Part shown: piece after piece, positions 51,786 through 63,454 of the stretch
Layout: each line of letters opens with the position of its first letter
Numbering within the stretch: the stretch's first letter is position 1
NCBI RefSeq assembly: GCF_004010195.1
Contig: NC_057719.1
Coordinates: 48,038,119 to 48,102,118, forward strand
Direction: 5' to 3'
Length of the DNA: 64,000 nucleotides
Origin: Chiloscyllium plagiosum
Taxonomy: Eukaryota
Program-made: the position numbers and the translations under genes
Notes under the pieces: model-generated
What the model was told of the DNA's origin: nothing
The model's input: the letters and a program-made list of their open reading frames with translations, nothing else
Database searches by the model: none

Positions 51786-53030
51786 TACAGAACTGTACAG
51801 CTCAGGAATGGGCCCTTCAGCCTACGATGTCATGCTGAACATGATGCCAAATAAAGCTAATCTCTTTTTGTTTGCCCTTGGTCTGTATCCCTCCATTCCT
51901 TGCATATTAATGTGCTTATCAAAAAGTCTCTTAAATGTTCCTATTGTATTTGGCTCCACCACCACCCCTGGCAGTGCATTCCACACTGCTGCCATTCTGT
52001 GGTTTATAAAATGAAAACCTGCCCTGCATCTCCTTTTGGACTTGCCCCCTCTCACCTTAAATGCATGCCCCCCTAGTTTTAGACATTTCAACTCTGGGGG
52101 AAGAATGATCCTGACCATCAACCCTATCGATGCATTTCATAATTTTATAGACTTCTATCAAGTCTCCCCTCTGCCTCCATTGCTCCAGAGAAGAAAACCT
52201 GAGTTTTTCTGGCCCCTCCTTATCGCTCATACCCTCTAATCCAGGCAGCATCTTGGTAAACCTCTTCTGCACCTTCTCAAGTCTCCACATCCTTCCTGTA
52301 ATGTGACGACCAGAATTGAATGCAATACTGAAAGTGTGGCCTAATAAAGGTCTTTCAAAGCTGCAACATGACATCCTGACTTTTGTACTCTCTTACCTTT
52401 TATTTGTCAGGGAACAATGCTATGCACCTTCTTTACCATCCTATTTACTTGCAGAGAGCTATACACTTGAACCCCAAGAGCCCTCTGCACATCAGTGCTG
52501 TTCAGGCTCCTGCGTCAACTGTATAATTTTCTTTAACATTTCCTCCCAAAGTGCGCACCTCACACTTAGCCGGATTAAACTCCATCTGACATTTCTCTGT
52601 CCATATCTGCAGCTGATCTATATCCGATTGTGTCCTTGACAACCTTCCATACTATTCACAACTCCACCAATCTTTGTATCATCTGCAAACTTACCAAGCC
52701 ACCCATCTACATTTTCATCCAAGTCATTTGAATCACAAACCGCAGAGGTCCCAGTATGGATCCTTGGAGATACCACTAGTCACATAGCAGCAGCCTGAAA
52801 AACAACCTTCTACCACCACTCTGCCTTCTATGGGGAAGTCCATTCTGAATCCATGTGGCCAACTCGCTGTGAATCCCATGCATCTTAACCGTCTGGATGA
52901 GCCTGCCATGAGGGACCTTGTCAAAAGCCTTTCTAAAATCCACATGGACAAGATCCACTGCTCTACCCTCATCAATCACCTTTTGTTACCACCTTAAAAT
53001 TCAATCAACTTAGTAAGACATGACCTTACC
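51786..53030 (-). mobile_element. CR1-type LINE 3' 1.2 kb, probably nested in an old tRNA-SINE (51700-51783 and 53030-53165)
   Basis: DFRKAFDKVPHGRL, LEKVQKRFTKMLPGL, GDLIEVYKIM, WNALPGVVVE. Confidence 0.88.
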
Positions 53031-53384
53031 TGACATTATTGCGAAGGCCCCATCTTTTCCATCTCTGCCCTTAGCTGAAGTATGGTAACACTTGGCTTCG
53101 AGCATCACCAGTCATCTGTGAAAGGAGAGCAGCCCTATAGTTTGATAGGGTAGGGTGACTTTATACATTCTTTTTTAAAACAACTGAATTTCAAGTAGTT
53201 TTATTTTTGCCCCCCCCAATACAAAGGTGGCACTTGATTTTTTTTTTTAACTTACCTGCTCTTTCATAGCCAGTGATTGAGTAGGTTGATTGCTTCAGTT
53301 GAATAAAGGTTTGAACAGCTATGCAGCAATGAAGGGATTGAATGAAATGGACTGCATGAAAATACTTGTAGCTTGAGTAGTGAA

Positions 53385-53410
53385 GTGTGTGTGTGTACGC
53401 GCGCGCGCGC
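53385..53410. repeat. (GT)6AC(GC)6 alternating purine-pyrimidine tract
   Basis: Seen directly. Confidence 0.9.
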
Positions 53411-53966
53411 TTCAGTGTCGGTGAGATGAAGTGGAAAACAACGTTTCTTTTGATACCTAAATTTTCAGTTTTGAATGTAGAGTTCATTACCATGACAACT
53501 ATCTTGTGTATCTGACTCTGAAGTTTGCTTTACTATAATTTGTGTTGTGAACCAGGCCAGACTCCCTCAAAACATTTCAAAAAGTAGCCCTAATCCTAAC
53601 TTCGCTAGTTGTCTTAAGTAGGTGTGAAGTGGGGTGGGGGGTAACAAAGGACAACCTAACCTTGTTTAAGGAGCAGCATTCTGAAAAGGATCAAAGAAGA
53701 AATAGTTTGACACTGTTAACTTGATTCTTTTGAAATTATTTTAGTGGAGTTGGCAGCCTTCTGAGAATAGGGTACATTAAGGTTGAGCAAGTGGAGTTTG
53801 TTTGCACGTGTAATATTGAGTATTGTCATTCAAATAATCTGCCTTTCTCAACATTGGGTAGTCTCTCGAAAAATGAAGTTCATCCTTTTACATTTTATTT
53901 TTCCCCTCACTTGATGAAAAGATATATGCTTATAAACCAAGAATACACTTTTTCTTTAATACTTAG

Positions 53967-54035
53967 AGTTTGCAAAAAGAGAAAAATACCTTAACAGCTG
54001 AAGTGCAGAAGCTACAGGTTCAGACATCTGAACAG
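53967..54035 (+). CDS. KTN1: KTN1 exon E15 (69 nt)
   Basis: tacttag|; SLQKEKNTLTAEVQKLQVQTSEQ; CAG|gtgaga; phase 0-0. Confidence 0.93.
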
Positions 54036-54224
54036 GTGAGATGTACTTTTGGCTTAGTTTTTCTTTAAATTAGTTCTGTTGATCTTTTTGACTTTAGTAA
54101 TTTTTAATTTGAAATAGTATAGTAATATAATGGCTACATTAATATACTAGCACCCACAGTTGGAGTTTTAAACCAGAAAATCCAATAAATATCTAAAATT
54201 TGCTGGATTATCCTGATGACCCAA

Positions 54225-55810
54225 TGATAGCTAAGTCCCCTGGGCCAGACAACATATACCCAAAGGGCCCTTCCTGATGAAGAAGGGTTTTTGCTCGAAA
54301 CGTCAATTTTCCTGCTCCTCGGATGCTGCTTGACCTGCTGTGCTTTTCCAGCACCACTGATCTAAACATATACCCAAAGTTAGTACAAGAAGCGAGGGAA
54401 GAGATTGAAGCCTATGGCACTGATATTTGCATCCTCGCTGTCCACTGGAGTAGTGCCACATGATTGGAGAGTGGCAAATGTTGTTTTTCCTTTGTTCAAG
54501 AAAAGGAATAGGGATAATCTGAAGGGTTACAGCCCAGTAAGTCTTGGGTCTGTGGTGGGCAAATTATTGTTAAGGATCCTGAGAGACAAGAGTTATGATT
54601 ACTTGGAAAACCATAATTTGATTAGAGATAGTCTTTGAGAGGGGCAGGTCATGCTTCACAAACCTTTTTATTGACATCTTTGAGGATATGACAAAATAAA
54701 TTGAAGGTAGAGCAGTAGATGTGGTGGTCATGTATTTTAGTAAAGTGTTTAATTAAATTCACAATGGAAAAAAGAGGTATGGAATACAAGGAAATTGGGC
54801 TGTCTGGGTATAAAGCTGGCTGCCCATAGAAAGGTAGAGGATGGCTGTAGCTGGAATGTATTCAGCCTGGAGCTCTGACCAGTGGTGTTCTGCAAGGATC
54901 TGTTTTGGGACTTTGCGATTTTTATAAATGATTTGGATGAGGGAGTAGAAGCGTGGATTAGTAAGTTTGCCGATGACACGAAGGTTCGTGGAGTGGTGGA
55001 TAGTGTGGAGGGCTTTTGTACGTTGCAACAGAATACTGACAGGGCTGAGAAATGGCAGATGGAATTCAACATAGAAAAATGTGACGTGATTCATGTTGGA
55101 AGTCGAATTTGAACCCATGAACCGGGTTAAGAGCAGAGTTCTTGGCAGTGTGAAGGAACAGAGGGATCTTGGGTCCGCATCCATACATCCCTCTAAGTTG
55201 CCACCCATCTTGTTAGAATTATCAAGAAGGTGTATGGTGTGTTGGCTTTCATTAGCAGGGGAATTGAGTTTAAGAGCTGTGAGGTTTTACTGCAGCTCTA
55301 AAAAGCCCTGGCTCGACCACACTTGGTATATGGTGTTCAGCTCTGGTTGCCTCACTGTAGGAAGGATGTAGAAGATTTCGAGAGGGTGCAGAGGAGATTT
55401 ACCAGGATCCTGCCTGGACTGGAAGGCATGCCTTGTGAAAAAAGTTTGAGGGAGCTTAGGCTTTCTCATTAGTGAAGAAGGGTGAGAGGGGACTTTATAA
55501 AGATGTACAAGTTGATAGGCATAGAGTGAATCGTCAAAGACTTTTTTTTTCCCAGGGCAAAAATGGCAATCACAAGGTGGTATAGTTTTAAAGTGATTGG
55601 AGGAAGATTTAGTGGAGATGTCAGAGGTAGTATCTTCCCACAGAGTGGTGGGTGCATGGAATGCATTGCCAGTGGCGGTAGTAGAGTTGGATACATTCGG
55701 GACATTTAAGTCACTCTTGGATAGGCACATGAATGATAGTAAAATGAAGGCTGTGTCGGTTAGTTTGATCTTGGAGAAGGATAAAAGGTTGGCACAACTT
55801 TGAGGACCAG
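54225..55810 (+). mobile_element. CR1-type LINE fragment
   Basis: VPHDWRVANV, PVSLGSVVGKLL, ISKFADDTKV, WNALPVAVVE. Confidence 0.88.
54266..54364 (+). mobile_element. ~100-bp Neptune pLTR insertion (hammerhead plus tail) inside the CR1
   Basis: 15-bp TSD aacatatacccaaag at 54251-54265 and 54365-54379. Confidence 0.85.
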
Positions 55811-56199
55811 TGTTCCAAAGATAGTAAAGGAGTTGACCAAACCTAAGCATCAGTTACAAATCAATCTCTCTTCACAGTACATCATTTTAGCTAACTTTGT
55901 TATTTTTACTGGATTTTTTTCTTCCATTTTTCTTCTTGTTAGCTCCAAATGTACTTTGTTTCTCTATGCTCAAAATTGCTGAAACAATTTTATTGCAGAA
56001 TAGACAAAATGAGGTTTATAGACTTTTTTCTGTAAAATGATTCAAATTATCCATGATGCAGCATGGAAGAGACCAGAATTTTGGAAAGTTTTCATGAATT
56101 ATGCATCACATAACACTGATCAGTGTAATGACGCATTCTTGAATGTTTCGACCTTGGAGATTCTTAATACAAATTCATCTTGCACTTTTCTGTATGCAG

Positions 56200-56237
56200 G
56201 CTTCAGCTTTATGTATGTTGGAACAGATGCAAAAAGG
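56200..56237 (+). CDS. KTN1: KTN1 exon E16 (38 nt)
   Basis: tgtatgcag|; ASALCMLEQMQK(G); GG|gtgagt; phase 0-2. Confidence 0.9.
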
Positions 56238-56316
56238 GTGAGTCACCTTGGCTGTTCAGTTTAAGCCACCATCGTTTTGTTTCCCTTGTATGAGTTTGTC
56301 ATGTCTTTTTATCCAG

Positions 56317-56407
56317 TCTTCAAGAGCGGAATGAAAAAATAAAAACAGTTGAAGAGTTGTTAGAAACTGGACTCATTGAAGTGGCAAACAAAGGGGCAGA
56401 AATTGAG
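56317..56407 (+). CDS. KTN1: KTN1 exon E17 (91 nt)
   Basis: ttttatccag| after a 79-nt intron; LQERNEKIKTVEELLETGLIEVANKGAEIE; GAG|gtacgt; phase 2-0. Confidence 0.95.
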
Positions 56408-57009
56408 GTACGTAAAGCATTTCAAATTATCCATTATGGAGAGCAACAGATTTAGCTATATTAAGAAATCTGGTTTCTTGATTATCACAAAAGTACAAAG
56501 TTCATGAGTGATTAGCTTAAATGGTACTCAATAAATAAGGATTCATTACCTGAAATGAGAGTTCGTGTGTTTTAAACCAGATCCTTTGCTCCAACTTTCA
56601 TGTGGCGCTTTTTAGAAACTTAATTGTGTTTTAAGTGCCTGTTCATGGTAAAATACCCTAGTTAGCTTTGCTTGCTTGGATGGTAGACATGTTTTCAGTC
56701 ATTAAATAGACATCTCTTGTGGGTTGGACGAGGTTTATAAATAGGTGTGAGGTAGGGATGGTAGCGATTAAAGGGAAAACAACCAAGAAGAAAGAAGGCA
56801 CTCACTATGCCAAGACATTGGGAAGACAATTCCCAGCCATCCGACTGTGATGCTCTTGAAACCAACAATAACCAGGGCAAGTGAAGTTGTTTCTAACTTG
56901 CATTTGCAATTCCCTTGCAGTGGAAAATGTACTTTGTTATTCAGTAAGCAGTTAGTACATCTGTATCTGCTGTGTGAGCCATTTCCAGTTCAAAGTTGCC
57001 ACACAGGAA

Positions 57010-58600
57010 GCTGCTAAATAAGGGCACACTGTTAGGGGCAAGTTATTGGCATGGATAGGGCCTTGGCTGACTGCTAGAAGGCAGAGAGTAGGGATAAAGG
57101 GTTTTTAGGATGGCAGCCAGTGATCACTTCACTAAATGCTTCAGTGCAGGCTTGCTCAATACCTGCATGAGCTTATCCTGAAGGGTAGCACAGTGGTTAG
57201 CACTGCTGTCTCTCCGTACCGGGTACCTGGGTTTCATTCCAGCCTTTGGTGACTGTGGCGTTTACATATTCTCCATTTGCCTGTATAGGTTTCCTCTGGG
57301 TACTCCAGCTTCCTCCCTAAATCCAGAGATGTGAATGTTAGATGGACTGATCATGGTTACTAATCACTTCATGTGAGGTTACGAGTGAGTCTGGATGGGA
57401 TGCTCTTTTTGGCGTGTCATTGTAGACTACATGGGCTGAATGGCTTCTTTCTGCACTGTATTCTATGACGAGTGGAGTTCCACAGAGGCCAGTGTTAGGA
57501 TCGCAACTATTTATGTTATACATGAACTATTTTGGAGGTAGGAACCAAGGGCATTTTTGCTAAATTTGCAGAAGGCACAGAAGTGAAGGGATAAGTAGTG
57601 TTGAGGAAATGGGGAGGCTGTTTAAGGACTTGGACAGGCTAGGAGAGTGGGCAGAGAAGTGGCATATGGAATACAATATGGGGAAAATGTGAGATTATGC
57701 TATTTGATAAGAAAGGTCAAGACATGGACATAACCAGGGAAGGGCTTCAGAAATCTGAAGTACAAAGGGACTTGAGTCCTCATTGACAATGCAGACTCCT
57801 TTGGTAGTTATGAAGGCAAATACAATGTTCGTATTCCTTTCAAGAGGGCTAAAATACAAGAGCAGTGATGTACAACTGAGGCTGTAGAGGACTGTGGGCA
57901 GGCTGTAGTTGAAATATTGTGAGCAGTTTTGGCCTTTGTATCGAAGGAAGGATGTGCTAGGGTTGGAGGGAGTCCAGAGCTGAAAAATGTGTGGCTGGAA
58001 AAGCGCAGCAGGTCAGGCAGCATCCAAGGAGCAGGAGAATCGACGTTTCGGGCATAAGCCCTTCTTCAGGAATGGAGGGTGTGCCAAGCAGGCTAAGATA
58101 AAAGGTAGGGAGGAGGGACTTGGGGGAGGGGTGAGGTTTACAAGAATGATCCTTGGCAAAAGACTTGTCATGTGATGGGTGTTTAGGGATTCTAGGTCTG
58201 TACTCTAGAAGGGTGAGGGGAGGATCTCATTGCGATTTAGAGAATACAGAGAGGTCCAGATAGAGGAGATCTTTTCCACATTTACTCTTAGTAGGAGAGA
58301 TGAGGGCCTGCGTGCACAGCTCCTGAATGAAGGGGCAACCCTTCAGAACTGAAACAAGAAGGAATTTCTTCAGCTAGAGGATAGTGAATCTGTTGAACTC
58401 ATTGTCCCAGAAGGCTGAGGAGGCTAAGTCATCGTATGTAAGACCAAATGAGAGAGGTTTTGATTAGTAGGGGATCAACAATTACAGGGAGAAGACAGGA
58501 GAATGAAGTCGATAAACTTATCAATCATGATCGGATGGTGGAACAGACACAATGGGTCAAATGGCCTAATTCTGCTCTTTTGTCTTATGGGTTTATGGTC
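57010..58600 (+). mobile_element. Decayed CR1 with a nested HE1-type SINE (57183-57468, +) and a Neptune pLTR fragment (57979-58132, -)
   Basis: CR1 RT and 3' tail sequence is continuous across both inserts. Confidence 0.8.
58036..58073 (-). ncRNA. Minimal hammerhead ribozyme motif, intact core, antisense to KTN1
   Basis: Reverse complement reads attc-CTGAAGA-a-gggc(ttat)gccc-GAAAC-GTC-gattct. Confidence 0.7.
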
Positions 58601-59159
58601 ATTTGTCCTTTTGGGAACATTTGCATCTTCCAAGTTGTCAGCTTTCAGGTGAGGCATTACACAGATCCTGCCAACCACTGAAGTGGATATGGAAGTTCCT
58701 GTGATCTGAATCCAATATGGACAAGGCAAATTGTATTGGCCAAAGATATATTCAAGCATGTGAGTTTGAGGGAGAATTAGGTTGCGGATTAGCAGTTACC
58801 TTATTTAATTGGGAACAAACTGAAGGATCTAATTGGCCCACACTACTTCCTGACTCTCTTTTGAGGCAAATATTTCTTACTCTTGTCCTGCGCTCTTAGC
58901 AGGGTCACTGCAAACATTGTTTCGTGGAAGACTTGTAATTTTTAAAGAGTTCTTTGTTCACCATAGACTATAATGCCTCTGCCTTCACTCCTATTGGGAG
59001 ATGAATTAATTAAGCATAGGATCTATCTTATTCCAGAAACTTGTTTGTTTCAGATAATGATATTCAAAAATATCAAGACTTCATTTTTCAAAGTCTTACT
59101 ATTGCGAAATTAAGTGGCTCAAGGATCCCATATACCTGTCTTGTTGTATAACTTGACTT

Positions 59160-61345
59160 TAAGACCATAAGACATAGGAGTGGAAGTAAGGCCATTCGGC
59201 CCATCGAGTCCACTCCGCCATTTAATCATGGCTGATGGGCATTTCAAGTCCACTTACCCGCATTCTCCCTGTAGCCCTTAATTCCTTGTGACATCAAGAA
59301 TTTATCAATCTCTGCCTTGAAGACATTTAGCGTTCCGGCTTCCACTGCACTCTGTGGCAAGGAATTCCACAGGCCCACCACTCTCTGGCTGCAGAAATGT
59401 CTCCGCATTTCTGTTCTGAATTGACCCCCTCTAATTTTAAGGCTGTGCCCACGGGTCCTAGTCTCCTCGCCTAACGGCAACAATTTCTTAGCGTCCACCC
59501 TTTCCAAGCCATGTATTATCTTGTAAGTTTCTATTAGATCTCCCCTTAACCTTCTAAACTCCAATGAATACAATCCCAGGAGCCTCCGCCGTTCCTCGTA
59601 TGTTAGATCTACCATTCCAGGGATCATCCGTGTGAATCTCCACTGGACATGCTCCAGTGCCAATATGTCCCTCCCGAGGTGTGGGGCCCAAAACTGGACA
59701 CTGTACTCCAAATGGGGCCTAACCAGAGCTTTATAAAGTCTCAATAGCACATTGCTGCTTTTATATTCCAACCCTCTTGAGATAAATCACAACATTGCAT
59801 TCGTTTTCTTAAGCACGGATTCAACCTGCATGTTTACCTTTAGACAATCCTCGACTAGCACTCCCAGATCCCTTTGTACTTTGGCTTTATGAATTTTCTC
59901 ACTGTTTGGAAAGTAGTCCATGCTTGTATTCTTTTTTCCAAAGTGCACGACCTCGCATTTGCTCACGTTGAATTCCATCAGCCATTTCCTGGACAACTCT
60001 CCCAAACTGTCTAGATCCTTCTGCGGCCTCCCCACTTCCTCAGTACTACCTGCCTGTCACCCTATCTTCGTATCATCGGCAAACTTTGCTAGAATGCTCC
60101 CAGTCCCTTCATCCAGATCATCCATAACACTGAACCCTGTGGGATGCCGCTTGTCACTGGCTGCCATTCTGAAAAAGAACCTCTTATCCCAACTCTCTGC
60201 CTTCTGTCAGACAGCCAATCCTCAATCCATGCCAGTAGCTCATCTCGAACATCATGGGCCCTCACCTTACTCGGCAGCCTCCCGTGTGGCACCTTATCAA
60301 AGGCCTTATGGAAGTCTAGATAGACCACATCCACTGGGTTTCCCTGGTCTAACCTACTTGTCACCTCTTCCAAGAATTCTAACAGGTTTGTCAGGCATGA
60401 CCTCCCCTTACTAAATCCATGTTGACTTGTTTTAATCCGACCCTGCTCTTCCAAGAATTTAGAAACCTCATCCTTAACGATGGATTCTAGAATTTTACCA
60501 ACAACCGAGGTTAGGCTAATTGGCCTATAATTTTCCATCTTTTGTCTTGATCCTTTCTTGAACAGTGGGGTTACAACAGCGGTCTTCCAATCATCCGGGA
60601 CTTTCCCTGACTCCGGTGACTTTTGGAAGATCTCAACCAATGCCTCCGCTATTTCCTCAGCCACCTCCCTCAGAACTCTAGGATGTAGCTCATCAGGGCC
60701 AGGAGATTTGTCAATTTTAAGACCTTTTAGCTTTTCTAGCACTGTCTCTTTTGTAACGGCAACCATACTCAACTCAGCCCCCTGACTGCCTTTAATTGTT
60801 GGGCTATTACTCATGTCTTCCACTGTGAAGGCTGACGCAAAGTACTTAAGTTCTCCAGCTATTTCCTTATCTCCCATCACTAGCCTTCCAGCATCAGTTT
60901 GAAGTGGCCCAGTGTCTACTTTTGCCTGTCATTTGTTTCTTATGTATTGAAAGAAACTTTTACTATCATTTCTAATATTACTGGCTAGCCTACCTTCATA
61001 TTTAATCGTCTCCTTCCTTATTTCTCTTTGTTATCCTCTGTTTTTGTAGCCTTCCCAATCTTCTGATTTCCCAGTGCTCTTGCCCACTTTATAGGATCTC
61101 TTTTTTTCTTTGATACATTTCATGACTTCCTTTGTCAGCCATGGCTGTCTAATCCCTCCCCGGATAATCTTTCTTTTCTTGGGGATGAACCTCTGTACTG
61201 TGTCCTCAATTATACCCACAAACTCCTGCCATTTTTGCTCTACTGTCTTCCCTGCTCGGCTCTGCTTCCAGTCGATTTTCATCAGTTCCTCTCTCATGCC
61301 CTCATAATTACCTCTGTTTAACTGTAACACCATTACATCCGATTT
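59160..61345 (-). mobile_element. Relatively young 5'-truncated CR1/HER1-type LINE (2.2 kb)
   Basis: Long ORF2 pieces (KSPGPDELHPRVL, NYRPISLTSVVGK, QHGF, DFHKAFDKVPH, LYKALVRPHLEY) broken by frameshifts; short tandem-repeat 3' tail. Confidence 0.95.
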
Positions 61346-61543
61346 TACTGACAATATATGGCCATGCATAATGAAGTGGGCTCACTTTGCACCCATCTTA
61401 AGAATATCCTTCAGTTATAAAAGTGATTTTAATATGTCAGATCCATATTGATTGAACCCAGAAAGTTCTGGCCATTACAATGCTATATTGGGTATATAAA
61501 CTGACTAAATCTTATGTTTTGTATCTTATACTCCACTTTCAAG

Positions 61544-61612
61544 AATTTGCGGGAGGAAAATAGAAACTTAAACCAAGAAATTCAAGAGCTTCAAATGAAA
61601 AATGATGAACAG
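61544..61612 (+). CDS. KTN1: KTN1 exon E18 (69 nt)
   Basis: actttcaag|; NLREENRNLNQEIQELQMKNDEQ; CAG|gtaaga; phase 0-0. Confidence 0.93.
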
Positions 61613-63094
61613 GTAAGATAAGATATAGTTGATTTGTTTACTAGACAAGTTTAAATAAGGTTTACTTTTCAAACCACATAAAACAGACCAAATGTCTGTC
61701 AGTCTAGCGTAAACAAGCACTTAGCTAAACTGCTTCACCTTTTATGTAACTGTAAGATATGTTGCCAATCATAAATTAATAGACAGACAGAAATAAAAGC
61801 TGCCAGTTATGAACAAACTAGTTTTCATGAGAACCAGCACCTGCCTCAAAACAAAGAAATTAAGATATTCTAGTTTCACCAATTAGTTTTCTTCACTAGA
61901 GAAGAGTAATTACAGATATGAGCGTAGCTGTTAAGGGTAGTGTATCTCCCACCAAGCAAGAAGGCACTGGTTCAAGACCCAACTGATTCAGAGATCATTA
62001 TGTTTTAGAGTCAAATTTTATAACATAGAAAGAGACCCTTTGGCCCATTGTTTGTGCATGACATAAATCATCCTCCTGTTCTTAACTTTCCAGCACTTGT
62101 CCCATAATCTTGTATGCTGTGACATTTCTATTGCTCGTCTAAATGTGCCATGTGAGACCTTTTATCAAAAGCCTTCGTGCAGTCCTTGTTTACACACCTA
62201 GTTATCTAAAAAAAAATCTATTGGACATGGTCTCCACTTCACAAAGTGTATCATGTCTGAACAGGTTGATTTAAAAAATGTCAAATTTATCAGAGCACTG
62301 TTATTATATAATTGAGTTTGTAATAACTATTTATTTAATGGCCAAATTATTTTTTTAGCATTCATTCTGCAGAAAAGAACAAAAATAAATACTGATGCTG
62401 ACTTAATGTGCATAGTTACTTGTGAACTGACTTGTAGTTATTTGGTTTAAAAACTATACTCATTTACATATCTAGCCTTCTCCATATTAGTGAAGTATTA
62501 TAGTTTTAATATTTCACATGAGTGGTAGTAATGAGTGACCCACTGATTAAAGGCAAATGTTTGAAAAAGCTCTGCTTTAGGTCCTGGATATTTGCTTTGG
62601 CATAAAGTGTTTCTATGCTGGCTGGAGCAATCATATCAGTTTTAAAAACTGAAGTGCTACTGGATGCTTTTCCTGTCTCTTCATGAATGCTTAACTGATT
62701 TAAAAACGGTTACTGTTAGAATGAAAGTTTTTTGTTTTAAAAGCAGGTTTGGTGTTTGACATATTTTCAGCTAATATCAAGCAACTGTTGAATAAGAGCA
62801 TTATCCAGATTCATGTTAGACAATCCAGTTAGCTTTTTAAACCTTCTCTTTATATAGTTTGTCTTCCCCATTCAATTACCACAGATTTGGCCAGAAAATT
62901 TATGCAACAAAAACTGATTATTGGTTACTAAAAGGTTAAGTCCCTTTGTGAATTTTGTGTACTGTAGCATGAAGGGTGAAACCTTGTAGTTATATATGTG
63001 CATGGACAGTCACTCAAACTATAGTGGGAATTTCTGGCGATCCAGTACCTGAGTCATGCTTCCTTGCCTGAAATCTGGATATCCAAGCAAATGA

Positions 63095-63454
63095 GGAGAT
63101 GATGGCCTAGTGGTATTATTGCTGGACTGTTAATCCAGACACCCAGGTAATGTTCTGGGAACCACTGTTCGAACCCTGCTGTGGCAGATGGTGGAATTTG
63201 AATTCAAATTTTTTTTTTAAAATCTGGAATTGGGAGTCTAATGTGGCCATCAATCCATTGTTCATTGTCAGAAAAAAATTACGTAGTTCACAAATTTCGT
63301 TCAGGGAAGAAAACTGCTATCCTTATCTGGTCTGGCCAACAGATGATTCTAGATCCACAGTAATGTGATTGACTCTTAACTGTCCTGTGGGCAATTAAAG
63401 TTGGGCAATAAATGCTGATGCCAGTGACACCCTCATCCTGTGAATGAATAAAAA
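63095..63454 (+). mobile_element. tRNA-derived SINE distinct from HE1
   Basis: A-box tggcctagtgg at 63103-63113; B-box gttcgaaccc at 63167-63176; tail gggcaataaatgctg...atcctgtgaatgaataaaaa. Confidence 0.75.

Larger units (their letters stand above)
4430..61612 (+). other. KTN1: Kinectin 1 gene, partial (17 coding exons, 2268 nt = 756 codons; continues beyond both window ends)
   Basis: Exons with canonical AG/GT ends join in consistent phase without stops. The translation matches recalled human kinectin motifs (MEFY..FLFFWLFMKET.YDE.LAKQKR, NGNLHESDSES, PVTKQPTPP, ELNKLRQDYARL, QSLHSKLTDT.VSKQQLEQ, KTVEELLETGLI). Confidence 0.97.

Noticed and set aside
59244..60880. Long RT-like ORFs as a domesticated gene or active element
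   Set aside because: Frameshifted, 5'-truncated CR1 copy with an ordinary tail.
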